Below are positions 36,110-45,910 of a stretch of 56,652 nt of DNA, one piece after another. The stretch covers positions 1 through 56,652 of IMG/VR virus record IMGVR_UViG_3300037010_000803; one strand, written 5' to 3'. The notes beneath the pieces were generated by a model. The model saw only the letters and a list, made by a program, of their open reading frames with translations, was not told the origin of the DNA and searched no databases. The position numbers were made by a program, and so were the translations under genes. This DNA comes from a virus (lineage: Duplodnaviria; Caudoviricetes). Within the stretch, counting starts at the first letter, position 1. Each line of letters begins with the position of its first letter.

Positions 36110-37678
36110 TCACTTGCGCCGTAGCGCAGCATTGACGCTGGCCTCGGCGGTCAGGCGGACCAACTTATGCTGGAACTCCGCCATATCCTTGCTTTCGGCG
36201 TACGCTGCTTTTACCACTTCAAATGGCAGCGCAATCGCCTTGCCAGCTTCAGGGTTAATGTCAGTGGGTTGACCGTTTGCATCTTTGAACACGGGGCGTC
36301 CGGGCTCTACCGGGACTGCGAGCGCCTTTGCTACGTCAGCCTTTAGGGCAGCGTTCTCTTCTTTCAACGCCTGCACCTCTGCGCTGGTCTTAGCAATGCT
36401 TTCTAGCAACTCCGTAAGGGCCTTTGACACCTCGCTCAAATCTGCCTTCGTTACTTCCGCCTTGGGCGTTTCATCCTTGGCCTTTGCTACATCATCGCCC
36501 TTGGGTGTATCTTGAGCCATTGCCACGGGTGCAGGCGGCTGTTCTTGCTCTTGAATCTCCGAGGCAATGAAATCCTGCAACGCAGCTATGGCGGCGAGTA
36601 GACTGGCCAACTGAGCCTTGTCCTCATCGGCCAAGTCGCCTTCACTCGCTTCCGCGTTCACGAGGTCGCTCACGAGGGAGAGTGCATACAGCCCATTGAG
36701 CGCATCCTGGATTTTCTTAGACGCCGGATACGCCCACGTGTCCGGCTGGAACATAGCCTTTTCGACCGGCTCCAGCTTGATTCCGAGTTTCCCGGCCCGC
36801 TCTATCAAGGCCGCCTGTGCCTTCTTAACATCCCACATCGGGTCTCCTTTCTCCGCGCTTGGCGGGCCGTCTTCGTTTATCTTCGACTTCCAGGCGGAGA
36901 TTATCTTCGCCTTGATTGCCTTCACGTCTTCCGCGCTGTATTTCGCAGCGTTCTTGGCCTTGTTGATGTAGTTCCAGGCCGCTCTGATATGCTCAACAGT
37001 ATCAATGGGGTATTTCTTGTTCTTGGCGTCTGCAAACTCCACATCGCCGTATTTGTTTTCACCTTCCGACGGCTTCACATCTTCGCGCTTGGCCGTCTTC
37101 ACAACTTCAGCCGCTTCCTCATCGGTGAGGCCCTGCGCTTTCAACGTCTCGGTATCACCATCATCCGCAGCCTTCATTACTGCCGACATAACTTTAGCAT
37201 CGGGATACAGCGCCTTGCCGGGGAAGGTCAACGCGATATGATTACCGTGGAAATCGTCCAATTCCGTAATCGCAGATTTCGTTACGGCATCTATGGCGGG
37301 AATATGATTCGCTTGGCCGCCGATGCTAACCTGCCGGTCGGTCCATACCCCGTTTTCGTAATCTTCGTACACTTCCATCGCCATCGTGCTCGAAGCCTTC
37401 ATGACTATATCCATAGCCACGTTTCCATCCAAGTCACGGTATGCGTCACAGCTAGTGCCTAACAAGATAGGCACATTATGCGCGGGGACCAGCCGGTAAA
37501 CCCCGGCCTTGCCCTCCGCCACAATGTTGTCCAAACTCTTTTCGGTCATCCGCTCCCGACGTGGCTTCGTATTGTCCAGTTTTGGGCCAGTAACGACTAC
37601 CTCTAAGTGAGGAGTGCCGTCAGCAGCCTTATAAACTCGCCGCACCGTTCCGATAGTTGTGGCCTTTTCTTCTCTCAT
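36110..37678 (-). CDS. Prohead protease/scaffold (unit B)
   Basis: C-terminal two-thirds near-identical to unit A; protease domain clearly diverged. Confidence 0.75.
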   Translation of the reverse strand: MREEKATTIGTVRRVYKAADGTPHLEVVVTGPKLDNTKPRRERMTEKSLDNIVAEGKAGVYRLVPAHNVPILLGTSCDAYRDLDGNVAMDIVMKASSTMAMEVYEDYENGVWTDRQVSIGGQANHIPAIDAVTKSAITELDDFHGNHIALTFPGKALYPDAKVMSAVMKAADDGDTETLKAQGLTDEEAAEVVKTAKREDVKPSEGENKYGDVEFADAKNKKYPIDTVEHIRAAWNYINKAKNAAKYSAEDVKAIKAKIISAWKSKINEDGPPSAEKGDPMWDVKKAQAALIERAGKLGIKLEPVEKAMFQPDTWAYPASKKIQDALNGLYALSLVSDLVNAEASEGDLADEDKAQLASLLAAIAALQDFIASEIQEQEQPPAPVAMAQDTPKGDDVAKAKDETPKAEVTKADLSEVSKALTELLESIAKTSAEVQALKEENAALKADVAKALAVPVEPGRPVFKDANGQPTDINPEAGKAIALPFEVVKAAYAESKDMAEFQHKLVRLTAEASVNAALRRK

Positions 37679-37690
37679 GGCACACTCCGT

Positions 37691-37969
37691 TTACATCCTG
37701 ACCAGCCGTTTCTCCACAGGGACCACCGACGGCATCCGCGCCTCGGACATCCTACGAAGCACATCGAATACCGCGCCTTGTATTTCCGCAGGCTCGTTGA
37801 GAAATCGCCCAAACGCTTGACCGGGCACAATAATCGTAGACCCGCCCTCTGGGTGAGGCAGTATCCCAATCACCGCCTCCGGCGCAATCATGGCAGTCCC
37901 AGTGCCTTCTCCGAGCGCGCAGGCTAACGTGAGAAATCTGCCGTTGAAGCCGATTTCTGGGCCGGTCAT
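37691..37969 (-). CDS. Hypothetical head-region protein
   Basis: Homologue of 3173..3451. Confidence 0.7.
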   Translation of the reverse strand: MTGPEIGFNGRFLTLACALGEGTGTAMIAPEAVIGILPHPEGGSTIIVPGQAFGRFLNEPAEIQGAVFDVLRRMSEARMPSVVPVEKRLVRM

Positions 37970-38166
37970 TAGCGCACCTGCACCCGAACATGTTCACCGG
38001 GCCGCGCAGTGTCAAGCATCTCTTGCAACAGCGCCCGTAGAGCTTCCGGCGAGTGCGTGCAGTCCACAGGGACCACGAGTTGAATTGTCCTGTCCTGTTC
38101 TTTGCTTGCGGTCTCTTCCACATTGTCCGTAACGACTTTCCTCGGCTTGCCTTTTTCCCAGCCCAT
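37969..38166 (-). CDS. Hypothetical head-region protein
   Basis: Homologue of 3451..3648. Confidence 0.7.
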   Translation of the reverse strand: MGWEKGKPRKVVTDNVEETASKEQDRTIQLVVPVDCTHSPEALRALLQEMLDTARPGEHVRVQVR

Positions 38167-38167
38167 C

Positions 38168-40435
38168 TTACTCCTCCGAGAGCGGTATGAACGCTCTAGT
38201 GCAATTCGGGTGTTCTATGGGATTTTCTACCATTTGAGCCACAGTCCAATGGTCGCCATTTACTGCGTTACACTCCGCGCAAGAGTCAGGGCTGCCACCA
38301 TCGGAGACCTCGACCATCTCCACTCCCTGCGCGGCGTAGTTAGTGCCTGCTCCCACATTGTATGCAGTCGCCGTTTCCGTCCTTGCCGTTACCATGGCAC
38401 GGGCCGGTGATTCGAGCGTGTCCTGTAACTCTTTGGCTAAGTCCGTGTAGCTCTTGCCGCTGCTTACCGCCTCGGCTATGGCATTGCGTACCGTCTCACG
38501 TACCGTGTCAGAGACGGCCAAATCATTGGGATTGTCTATCCACTCGGAGCCGTCCCACTTCATCCCCAATAATGCAGCTGCTCGCTCTTGCGCCCACACC
38601 GCCGCGCTGGTCTCACCCACGCCCACGAGTTCAGCCGAGTCATCCACCCCGGCGTTATAGACTGCCTCCAGCCATCGTACCAGCGCAGCCCAATCCTCCG
38701 GCGGCATATCCGTCGGCCCCTTGGCCACGAGTTGGGCCTTGCCTTCGGCCAAATACGGCGCAGCCAAATGTCTGTAAATGCGCTGCCAGAGTTCCACGCC
38801 CGCCTCAGTTAACGGCTTGGCGCGCTCGCTTGTCTCCCAACGTAACGCTTTGCGAGGACCCTTGAACGCTTTAGCCACATCGCCTTCTGCCAGGCATTTC
38901 TCCACCCAATATCTAGCAGCGGGCGTTATCGCCGCACTGACAAACGGACGCGGCGCTCGACCATTCTTCGCATCGGCTTTGGCGACCTTCTTCCATCGCG
39001 CCAAGTCCGCCTTCTGGGTATTCTCCGGCGGCGCTTCTGGCGGAGGTGCTTGCGGGGGCGTCTTGCCGCTGCCCTGCAATGGCACATAGCCGGTGGGAGT
39101 CAAGACCATAAGCATGTTCGCTTCCGGCACATCGGAAGGCGGGTCACCCGCTCTCGCCCTGGCCTCATTCACGCTTCGGATACCCAGTTTGACGAACGCC
39201 TCATTTTCCTGTAGTTCCAGTTGTTTGTTTATCTGCGTTTCGGCTATCCACTCGAAACTCACTTCAGTGAGTCCGAGGTCTTCATTGATGTATTCATCCA
39301 GGATTTCTTCGATAAAAATCTTATGTGGCTCGATACCAGATGCCTGAGACTGATTAGCATTGCCCTGCCCTGACCGGCCTAGCCCGGCACTCTTCATAAT
39401 CGGCTCAGGATTTACACCGACCACCCATGCCATCGCCCGAAGTATGAGTTCGTCAAACTCATAATCCCACTTCGGCGGAGGCACAGGGATATACGTTGTC
39501 CCATCCGGTACCGCTATGGCCGCCGCCCGCGCCTGCAAATTGCCCTTCATGCGCGAGTCAAGGTATTTCTGGAAGTCCTCACGCTGTTGCATCGTGAAAT
39601 CTTTCGGGAGGATTAGCCATCCGGGCGGAGTATTCCCAGCCGTGTAGCTGTAGTTCTCTTGCAACGAAGCATTTATCGCCAGCGTGACCAAGGTCAAGCA
39701 TTGCTCTACCGCTGAGAATCCATAGGGCGTCCAGGAGCGCGCATTCATGGGCCGCCAGATTAGTTCATCGGTGGTATATTGCCGCTCCGGGACTCCGTGC
39801 AAGTATTGGTAGAACGCGGCAGCCGGTGGCTCAGGCGGAAGCCCAGCAGCAGTGAGAATCGGCTTGATTTTGGCCGCGTCCATAACTCGCAGTCCCAACG
39901 GCTTCCCGCCAACGGTCTTTCGTTTACCGAGAGCCACTGCCCCAACGACCAGAATATCCTCAAGCACCGCGTTCAGCCAGTCGCCAAATCTCAAATACCC
40001 ATCCGGCTTTTTCAGCCATGCCTCAGCGGCCTGGACATCTGGGCGCTCTGCGTATTTCTCACCCTCCTGCATCTTCAGTGGCCGTATCCCGTGAGGCAGG
40101 CCGCGCATCTGTCTTTTCAGGTCTTCGATTACAAGTCTAATGCCCCAACAGTTGTCAGCCAGTATCCGTAACTGAGATTCACGAGCGCCCGGCTTCGCTT
40201 GGTCAGGATTGAACGTCAGATTGTAGCCAACGGGAATCTCGAATCCGGTCGGCTCCGGGCCAGGACCGCCCAACGGCGGAAGAGGAGCTAATGGCTTAAA
40301 TGGGAATGGGTCCTTGCCTTGTGGGGCCGTTGGAAGTTGAGCGTTCTGAAGCCGATTGTTCAGCGACTCCGCGCCTACGGCGTCGCCCGGCTGTTCACCA
40401 AATTTTATGTCCAGCGCGCCGATTGTTATTCTCAT
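38168..40435 (-). CDS. Portal-MuF fusion (unit B)
   Basis: Homologue of 3650..5917. Confidence 0.85.
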   Translation of the reverse strand: MRITIGALDIKFGEQPGDAVGAESLNNRLQNAQLPTAPQGKDPFPFKPLAPLPPLGGPGPEPTGFEIPVGYNLTFNPDQAKPGARESQLRILADNCWGIRLVIEDLKRQMRGLPHGIRPLKMQEGEKYAERPDVQAAEAWLKKPDGYLRFGDWLNAVLEDILVVGAVALGKRKTVGGKPLGLRVMDAAKIKPILTAAGLPPEPPAAAFYQYLHGVPERQYTTDELIWRPMNARSWTPYGFSAVEQCLTLVTLAINASLQENYSYTAGNTPPGWLILPKDFTMQQREDFQKYLDSRMKGNLQARAAAIAVPDGTTYIPVPPPKWDYEFDELILRAMAWVVGVNPEPIMKSAGLGRSGQGNANQSQASGIEPHKIFIEEILDEYINEDLGLTEVSFEWIAETQINKQLELQENEAFVKLGIRSVNEARARAGDPPSDVPEANMLMVLTPTGYVPLQGSGKTPPQAPPPEAPPENTQKADLARWKKVAKADAKNGRAPRPFVSAAITPAARYWVEKCLAEGDVAKAFKGPRKALRWETSERAKPLTEAGVELWQRIYRHLAAPYLAEGKAQLVAKGPTDMPPEDWAALVRWLEAVYNAGVDDSAELVGVGETSAAVWAQERAAALLGMKWDGSEWIDNPNDLAVSDTVRETVRNAIAEAVSSGKSYTDLAKELQDTLESPARAMVTARTETATAYNVGAGTNYAAQGVEMVEVSDGGSPDSCAECNAVNGDHWTVAQMVENPIEHPNCTRAFIPLSEE

Positions 40436-41877
40436 ACGGTCTCCAATTTGGTCTTCATCCATTCCAGGAAATTCGGGTCAGCACTGAAATTCCCCGCAAA
40501 GGCCAGTAACAAGGCGTCAGCGTCATCCGGTGAACGCCCGATTCTCGTTCTTGTTTTATCCTTGGGCTCCACCTTGACTCTACCAGAGCTATCGGGAGCC
40601 CATCGAGGCGCTATCAATTGCCCTACCGTCTCATCGTCAAGCTCGGACAAATCCCAGCCGCCCGACTGTGACAACTCTCTTCCCACTTCCCACCATAGCT
40701 GGTCACGCAGTTTCGGGAATCTCGCCGGGTCCGTTGATGTTTCACCGACGTTCACGCCCACCACTTCCGCGCCGTGCTCTGGCCGAAGTTCTTTGAGTCT
40801 CCCGACCACGCCCCAGCCGATTCCGCAAAGGTCAACCTTGATTCGACTCGCGCCAGTGAGCTTGATAGCCTGCACCGCATAGCCCACGGCCTCGCTGCTG
40901 TCTGGCGTGTGATAGCGCCACGTTCGCCCTGCTTTCGGGCCTCGCCTCTCCCGAATAACCGTTTCGTCGCCGCCTGCTCCCACGTCCATACCAAGCTCCA
41001 CCGGCAAGAGTTCTTCGGGCTTGTACTCTCTCGGCTTCTGGCACTTGACCACCCACGACCACGGTACCACCCCGGAAACTGCGTCTTCAGGAAAACGCCC
41101 CAGAACGCGGCTAACATAGCGCGGGTCCGACTCGCCCCATTCCTTCTGGCGTTCTTCCACCCACAGCTTGCCGGTCAAGAGCTTCAGCACATCCGGCGGG
41201 CAGGGCTCCCCGGTGAAGGCTGGCAAGTCCAACGCCGATACCGGAATCACGTGCCACCCACTTCCAGGACGGCACATCTTGGCAAAGTGGCTTAGCGGGT
41301 CGTCAGGATTGCCGATTGCCAGTATCCGGCTTCCTTCCGACGTTACAAGTCCTTCCGCCGCGGTGAATATCTCTTCAGGGACTCCGGCGGCTTCATCCAC
41401 CACGACCAAGACCTTTTCAGCATGAATCCCTTGAAAGGCCGTTGGGTCGTAGTCGGCTGGCTTCCGGCCAAAGGCCACCAATTCACCGTTCAGACGCCAC
41501 TCGGTCTGATTCATCTCTCCGAGCGGCGCTCTGGCATGGGCGCGATTCAGTTCCCGCCAGAGAATAGCTCTAACTTGAATGAACGTTGGCGCAGTCGAAA
41601 TTACTAGCGCGCTGCCTGGCGGATTCGTGGCAATCCACCAATACATCAGCCTTGCCGCTAAGAAGGACTTGCCCGTCCCATGCGCCGAAGGAACAGCCAC
41701 ATGCCTATGCTTGACTATGGCATCGGCTATTTCTGCTTGGCGGCTCCAAAGGTGGCAATGAAGTGACTGGCGGATGTAGTCTGAAGGCCAGGCATCCAAA
41801 TTGCCAAGCCCTCGCCGTGCAAGTTCAGCGTCAATCTCTGCTTGCCATGCGTCGCTTAAGCTCTGCCAGTTTCTCAC
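40432..41877 (-). CDS. terL: Terminase large subunit (unit B)
   Basis: SAHGTGKS, VVVDEA, LGMDVG. Confidence 0.92.
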   Translation of the reverse strand: MRNWQSLSDAWQAEIDAELARRGLGNLDAWPSDYIRQSLHCHLWSRQAEIADAIVKHRHVAVPSAHGTGKSFLAARLMYWWIATNPPGSALVISTAPTFIQVRAILWRELNRAHARAPLGEMNQTEWRLNGELVAFGRKPADYDPTAFQGIHAEKVLVVVDEAAGVPEEIFTAAEGLVTSEGSRILAIGNPDDPLSHFAKMCRPGSGWHVIPVSALDLPAFTGEPCPPDVLKLLTGKLWVEERQKEWGESDPRYVSRVLGRFPEDAVSGVVPWSWVVKCQKPREYKPEELLPVELGMDVGAGGDETVIRERRGPKAGRTWRYHTPDSSEAVGYAVQAIKLTGASRIKVDLCGIGWGVVGRLKELRPEHGAEVVGVNVGETSTDPARFPKLRDQLWWEVGRELSQSGGWDLSELDDETVGQLIAPRWAPDSSGRVKVEPKDKTRTRIGRSPDDADALLLAFAGNFSADPNFLEWMKTKLETV

Positions 41878-42304
41878 GGGCCGCCACTAACTCCTCATCG
41901 GTGAAGTGTTGCAGGTCAGGCAGGTGGACAGTGCTCTCTTCCGGCAATCCGGCTGCCTTGCGCGCCTGTTCAAGTGCAGTCTCTACCGTTCGCAATGCCT
42001 CGCTGTAGGTGGTAGGATTCAACTGCTGCATCGCGGTCAGCCCCTTGCTCAAAAGAGCGTCTGACACGCGCATCTGTTTGGCCCTAAGTTCTGCCTCTGT
42101 TGTACTTACGCGCCCCAGCGTCTTGCTTGCCACCTGCTGGCGGTACGCTGCCCGCGCTTCAGCCCAGCGCTCTTTGGAGGCTCGCTTGCCAACTGTGGCG
42201 AAGTTCACCCCATACTTGGCCGCTATACTGCGCTGGGTGACGCTCTCGTCACCGGCTATATATTCAGCCTTTATGGCTTCCCAATTCACACGTGGGGCTG
42301 GCAT
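41831..42304 (-). CDS. terS: Terminase small subunit (unit B)
   Basis: HTH N-terminus shared with 7307..7753. Confidence 0.75.
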   Translation of the reverse strand: MPAPRVNWEAIKAEYIAGDESVTQRSIAAKYGVNFATVGKRASKERWAEARAAYRQQVASKTLGRVSTTEAELRAKQMRVSDALLSKGLTAMQQLNPTTYSEALRTVETALEQARKAAGLPEESTVHLPDLQHFTDEELVAAREKLAELKRRMASRD

Positions 42305-43539
42305 TAAATACGCTCCATTCTCAATTCAGGGAATGCGTCCTTCATGCGCTGAAGAATGACCGCGCAGTAGGACGGGCTGATTTCGATTCCGTAGCACTTG
42401 CGGCCAAGATTCTGGCAAGCTACCATTGTGGTGCCAGAACCCAGAAAAGGGTCGCACACGACATCTTCGGAGTTGCTGCTATTCTCGACCATCTGCTGGA
42501 CTAACTCCACGGGCTTCATTGTGGGATGCTCTTCCGACACCGTTGGCCTGGCCACCTCAAAAACGCTGTCCTTTGTCCTGCCCGTGCTCCACGACGACGT
42601 GCCGCCGCATTTCCAGCCGTACCAAATCTGCTCGTGGCGGTAATGGTAATTAGTGCGCCCCAACACAAGGCGGTCTTTCACCCACACCAGCCATTGATGC
42701 CGCGTCCATGGCGTTTCCTCTAGCGCCACATCCATGATTCGGAGCGGCGGCCCCGCCGGAGCCGCTACATACATGTCTCCATCAACAAATGCCGCGAAGG
42801 CGGAGAGAGATTGCTTCCATAACGCGGCCATCCCCATCTCGTCAAGCGCGTCATTGGCGATGGGAGCGTGCTTCCCCGGGTGGTTGTGATTCCCGTAATC
42901 CACACCATACGGCGGGTCCGTCCAAATCATGCGTCCTCGGCTCTCACCCATCAGCCGCGCCACATCTTCGGCCTTCGTGGAGTCCCCGCATAGCAGCCGG
43001 TGTTCACCAATGCGCCAAAGGTCACCGGTCTTGACCTGCCAGGTCTTGTTCAACTCTTCGGCGCGGTCAACCTGTGGCTCCGCGTCAGACGGCTCCACTG
43101 GCGTTTCAAAGTCCAGTCCCTTGCTTCCCGCTATCTCGGACAAGAGCGCATCAATTTCCGCGCCCATGTTCGGAATCTCGCGTAAGAGCGCTTCCAGCTT
43201 TTCGTTGTCCGTCCCCGCCATAGCTGAAAGCGGGTCCAGCGTGGCAAGAATCAGATTCTCTTCTTCCTCGCTCAGGTCCACGTAAAGCACGGGAACGGTC
43301 TTTTCATTCCGGCTAATCGCCATTGCCACCCTTAGGTGGCCGTCCACAACGTGGCCCGTGTTCCTGTTGACGATTATTCTGGTCACCCAGCCTACCTTGT
43401 CAAGCACGGCGGCCAGGGCGTTCTCTTGCTCGTGGCTATGAACGCGCCAGTTCGCCGGATTCGTGAGTAGCTTCTCCGGCGCTTCTTCGCCTTCCCCTAC
43501 AATCCGATTTTGCCATTCTGCCTTGCTGGCTTTTCCCAA
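42304..43539 (-). CDS. ParB-domain DNA methyltransferase fusion
   Basis: VDGHLRV ParB domain; HRLLCGDST, TDPPY, HPTMKP, DPFLGSGTT. Confidence 0.9.
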   Translation of the reverse strand: MGKASKAEWQNRIVGEGEEAPEKLLTNPANWRVHSHEQENALAAVLDKVGWVTRIIVNRNTGHVVDGHLRVAMAISRNEKTVPVLYVDLSEEEENLILATLDPLSAMAGTDNEKLEALLREIPNMGAEIDALLSEIAGSKGLDFETPVEPSDAEPQVDRAEELNKTWQVKTGDLWRIGEHRLLCGDSTKAEDVARLMGESRGRMIWTDPPYGVDYGNHNHPGKHAPIANDALDEMGMAALWKQSLSAFAAFVDGDMYVAAPAGPPLRIMDVALEETPWTRHQWLVWVKDRLVLGRTNYHYRHEQIWYGWKCGGTSSWSTGRTKDSVFEVARPTVSEEHPTMKPVELVQQMVENSSNSEDVVCDPFLGSGTTMVACQNLGRKCYGIEISPSYCAVILQRMKDAFPELRMERI

Positions 43540-43550
43540 CGCTGGCCCCC

Positions 43551-43647
43551 AATAAAACAACACCGTGCTTTCAGGCACGGCGCAAAAGTCCACGGTGATA
43601 ATATAATGCCTTTGTTTTCGTTTGTCAAGTGGCGTAACTACTTGATT
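43551..43647 (-). promoter_or_regulatory. Late promoter (43600-43628), IHF-like site (43635-43647) and leader terminator (43551-43583)
   Basis: Same layout as 9950-10046. Confidence 0.75.
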
Positions 43648-43650
43648 CTG

Positions 43651-44223
43651 CTAACGTTCCCCGCTGTCCCATTTTTGGCCTTCATAGCACACCTTCAGCC
43701 GGTACCAGAGCCTTGGCAGTGCATGATGGTGTGGCCGCTTAACTCCCACATGCGCCTGATACGCTCTCGCCAGTTCCCCCCAGCATGGCGCTTGGCCCTG
43801 TCTATGACCAGCCGCCCAGAGCAAGATTAACTTCGGCGGCTCCGGTATAGCGGGAGTCCTGTACTCGTTACACCAGCGTTCAAAATCAAGCGCCCAGTTC
43901 ACGGCGTCTAATCCACGCACCTCTACCGACGCGCTCCCGCTCGGAGCAACAAAAACAATCTCCGGCTCTTCGTCATACGCCCATCGTAGTGGAGAGCGAC
44001 AGTAAGGGCAGAGTTGCGGCACAGCCTGCCCGCTCGTTACCAGCACGCGGAATCCGTGAGAGCATTCAGAGCAGTAACGCAACGCTTCGCCCTTTGCCAC
44101 GACGGGAATCATCCTTTTCCCGCCGCTCTCTCCGAGTAATCCCGTTCCTGCGTAGCGCCAACAGGCAGAAGTCCAGGTCGGTGCATAGGCTCTCAACAGA
44201 ACTAGCAGGTCATTCATCATCAC
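43651..44223 (-). CDS. Zn-ribbon putative late regulator (unit B)
   Basis: Homologue of 10577..11128. Confidence 0.55.
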   Translation of the reverse strand: MMMNDLLVLLRAYAPTWTSACWRYAGTGLLGESGGKRMIPVVAKGEALRYCSECSHGFRVLVTSGQAVPQLCPYCRSPLRWAYDEEPEIVFVAPSGSASVEVRGLDAVNWALDFERWCNEYRTPAIPEPPKLILLWAAGHRQGQAPCWGELARAYQAHVGVKRPHHHALPRLWYRLKVCYEGQKWDSGER

Positions 44224-44259
44224 CCCCTAAAACGGCCAAATTCGCGTTTCGGACGCGCT

Positions 44260-44481
44260 TCAAGTAGATTCCACACCCCCGCCCTGTTTCGTTGAATCTT
44301 GCCCTGTTTCCGTGCGCCGTCCAGCGTCCTTGGTGCGCATCCGGTATTCGTAGTGGCAGTTCGGGCACCGTCCATGAAGATAGCCTTTCCCAAATACTGT
44401 TTTCCAATAAAAGCCATGGAACTCAAACTCGAAGCCGCACTTAGGGCATACAACATTGCCTCGTTTATAGGGCATTAGCAT
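44260..44481 (-). CDS. Small Zn-ribbon protein
   Basis: CPKC...CPNC; AAGGAGG RBS. Confidence 0.6.
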   Translation of the reverse strand: MLMPYKRGNVVCPKCGFEFEFHGFYWKTVFGKGYLHGRCPNCHYEYRMRTKDAGRRTETGQDSTKQGGGVEST

Positions 44482-44638
44482 CTCTGGCCTCCTTCTCCCG
44501 CTTGCGGTACTCGCGGATGCTCTCCCGAATCTCCTTGCGGCCACAGCGCAGGCACAGCCCGCTCTCGGTCGCTCCAAGCCGGTGGCAACGCCTGCACCGG
44601 AAATTGTAATTTATGACGATTTCGCGCTTTTCAGCCAT
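44465..44638 (-). CDS. Small Zn-finger protein
   Basis: CRRC...CLRC; GGAGGTG RBS. Confidence 0.6.
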   Translation of the reverse strand: MAEKREIVINYNFRCRRCHRLGATESGLCLRCGRKEIRESIREYRKREKEARDANAL

Positions 44639-45422
44639 TTTCACCTCCAAATAGCGACGGCTGGGCCAAGGCGGCCTTAATGCGCTTGACGGCAATGTCA
44701 CAATAGGCGGGCTCCAGTTCAATCCCAATGAAGTTCCGGCCCAACTTTACTGCGCTCTCCCCCGTGCTCCCGTGGCCCATAAATGGGTCCAGTACAACGT
44801 CCCCGGCTTGACTATGCAATTTGATGAAATGGGCGGATAACGCGGAAGGCTTTTCCGTGGGATGTTGCGTCTTCGAGGGAATAATTTTGCTACATTGCCC
44901 CGGCCTGATGATATTCTCCACGCGCTTGGTGGTATCATACCATCGGCAAGCCGCCCCAGGCACCTGTCCAATCAGGACGACTTCGTATGAACGGCGATAA
45001 TGCCATCCCATGCCCATCGGCCCTTTGTCCCAAATCACCATCTGCTTGAATTGGAATATCTCATCCATCCATAACGACCAGCGCGCAAACTGAGGGTCTG
45101 GGCCACCTCCGGCGCAGCAACAGCAACAACAGGAGCCGGGCGCCAAGGTGCGATAAGCTAACGTCAAAAAAGAGCGGAATAGCTCGTTGGCTTCCGGCCC
45201 ATCATTCGCGATAGGACGCCATTCGCTCTCAGGCACAGGTCCCCTTCCTAGCGCAGCCTCCCTACATGCAATCAAATCACCGTTGTTGTTGTTGTGGCCG
45301 TACGGCGGGTCGGTAAATATCATATCCACGGCCTTCTCTAACGTTGGCAGAACATCAAGGCAGTCAGCGCAGTACAGCGTGGCCGTCGTCGCGCCGTCGC
45401 TCAGGATGACCGGCTCAGTCAT
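44631..45422 (-). CDS. DNA methyltransferase (N6/N4, beta class) with poly-Cys tract
   Basis: TDPPY, HPTEKP, DPFMGHGST; SCCCCCCAGGG. Confidence 0.9.
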   Translation of the reverse strand: MTEPVILSDGATTATLYCADCLDVLPTLEKAVDMIFTDPPYGHNNNNGDLIACREAALGRGPVPESEWRPIANDGPEANELFRSFLTLAYRTLAPGSCCCCCCAGGGPDPQFARWSLWMDEIFQFKQMVIWDKGPMGMGWHYRRSYEVVLIGQVPGAACRWYDTTKRVENIIRPGQCSKIIPSKTQHPTEKPSALSAHFIKLHSQAGDVVLDPFMGHGSTGESAVKLGRNFIGIELEPAYCDIAVKRIKAALAQPSLFGGENG

Positions 45423-45703
45423 TTCTCATCTTCCCTTTCCGGGCATTCCCAACAATACGCCAGAGGGCTGGCATATCCCATCCGCTTGGCAATCTCCGCC
45501 GAAACGGTACCGTCACCACAAGCTGCGAGGCTGATGGCGTCGTCAATTTCGCAAGCCCCATTCTCGCCAGTGTATTTCTTGCAGCGGCAACAGTTGGCAT
45601 CTTGCCAGTCCATACGCTGCGCCCCGCTGGAGAATGGGCGTATCCTGCCAGTTCCGAGTCCCATTAAGCGCAAGTATTCCATTCGCCTGCTTTCATTCTT
45701 CAT
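45419..45703 (-). CDS. Cys-rich hypothetical protein
   Basis: Homologue of 11374..11619. Confidence 0.7.
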   Translation of the reverse strand: MKNESRRMEYLRLMGLGTGRIRPFSSGAQRMDWQDANCCRCKKYTGENGACEIDDAISLAACGDGTVSAEIAKRMGYASPLAYCWECPEREDEK

Positions 45704-45706
45704 CTG

Positions 45707-45910
45707 TCACCTCCTTTCTTCCCCAGAAATTGGAAAATAAGCAATAGCATCTGTCACTACCTTAGCGCCAGCCAGAAAGGCCGCTGAAGCGCTTGCCGTT
45801 TTCGCCCAGGTCACTACTCCATTCCAATCTCTCGCCTTCCGGCTGTCCTCGGCCTTACTAAGAGCCACTGCCACCGTGGCCTCGTGTATTTTCGTTACTT
45901 TACTCGCCAT
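45707..45910 (-). CDS. Hypothetical protein (unit B only)
   Basis: GGAGG RBS, overlaps the dnaB stop. Confidence 0.55.
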   Translation of the reverse strand: MASKVTKIHEATVAVALSKAEDSRKARDWNGVVTWAKTASASAAFLAGAKVVTDAIAYFPISGEERR

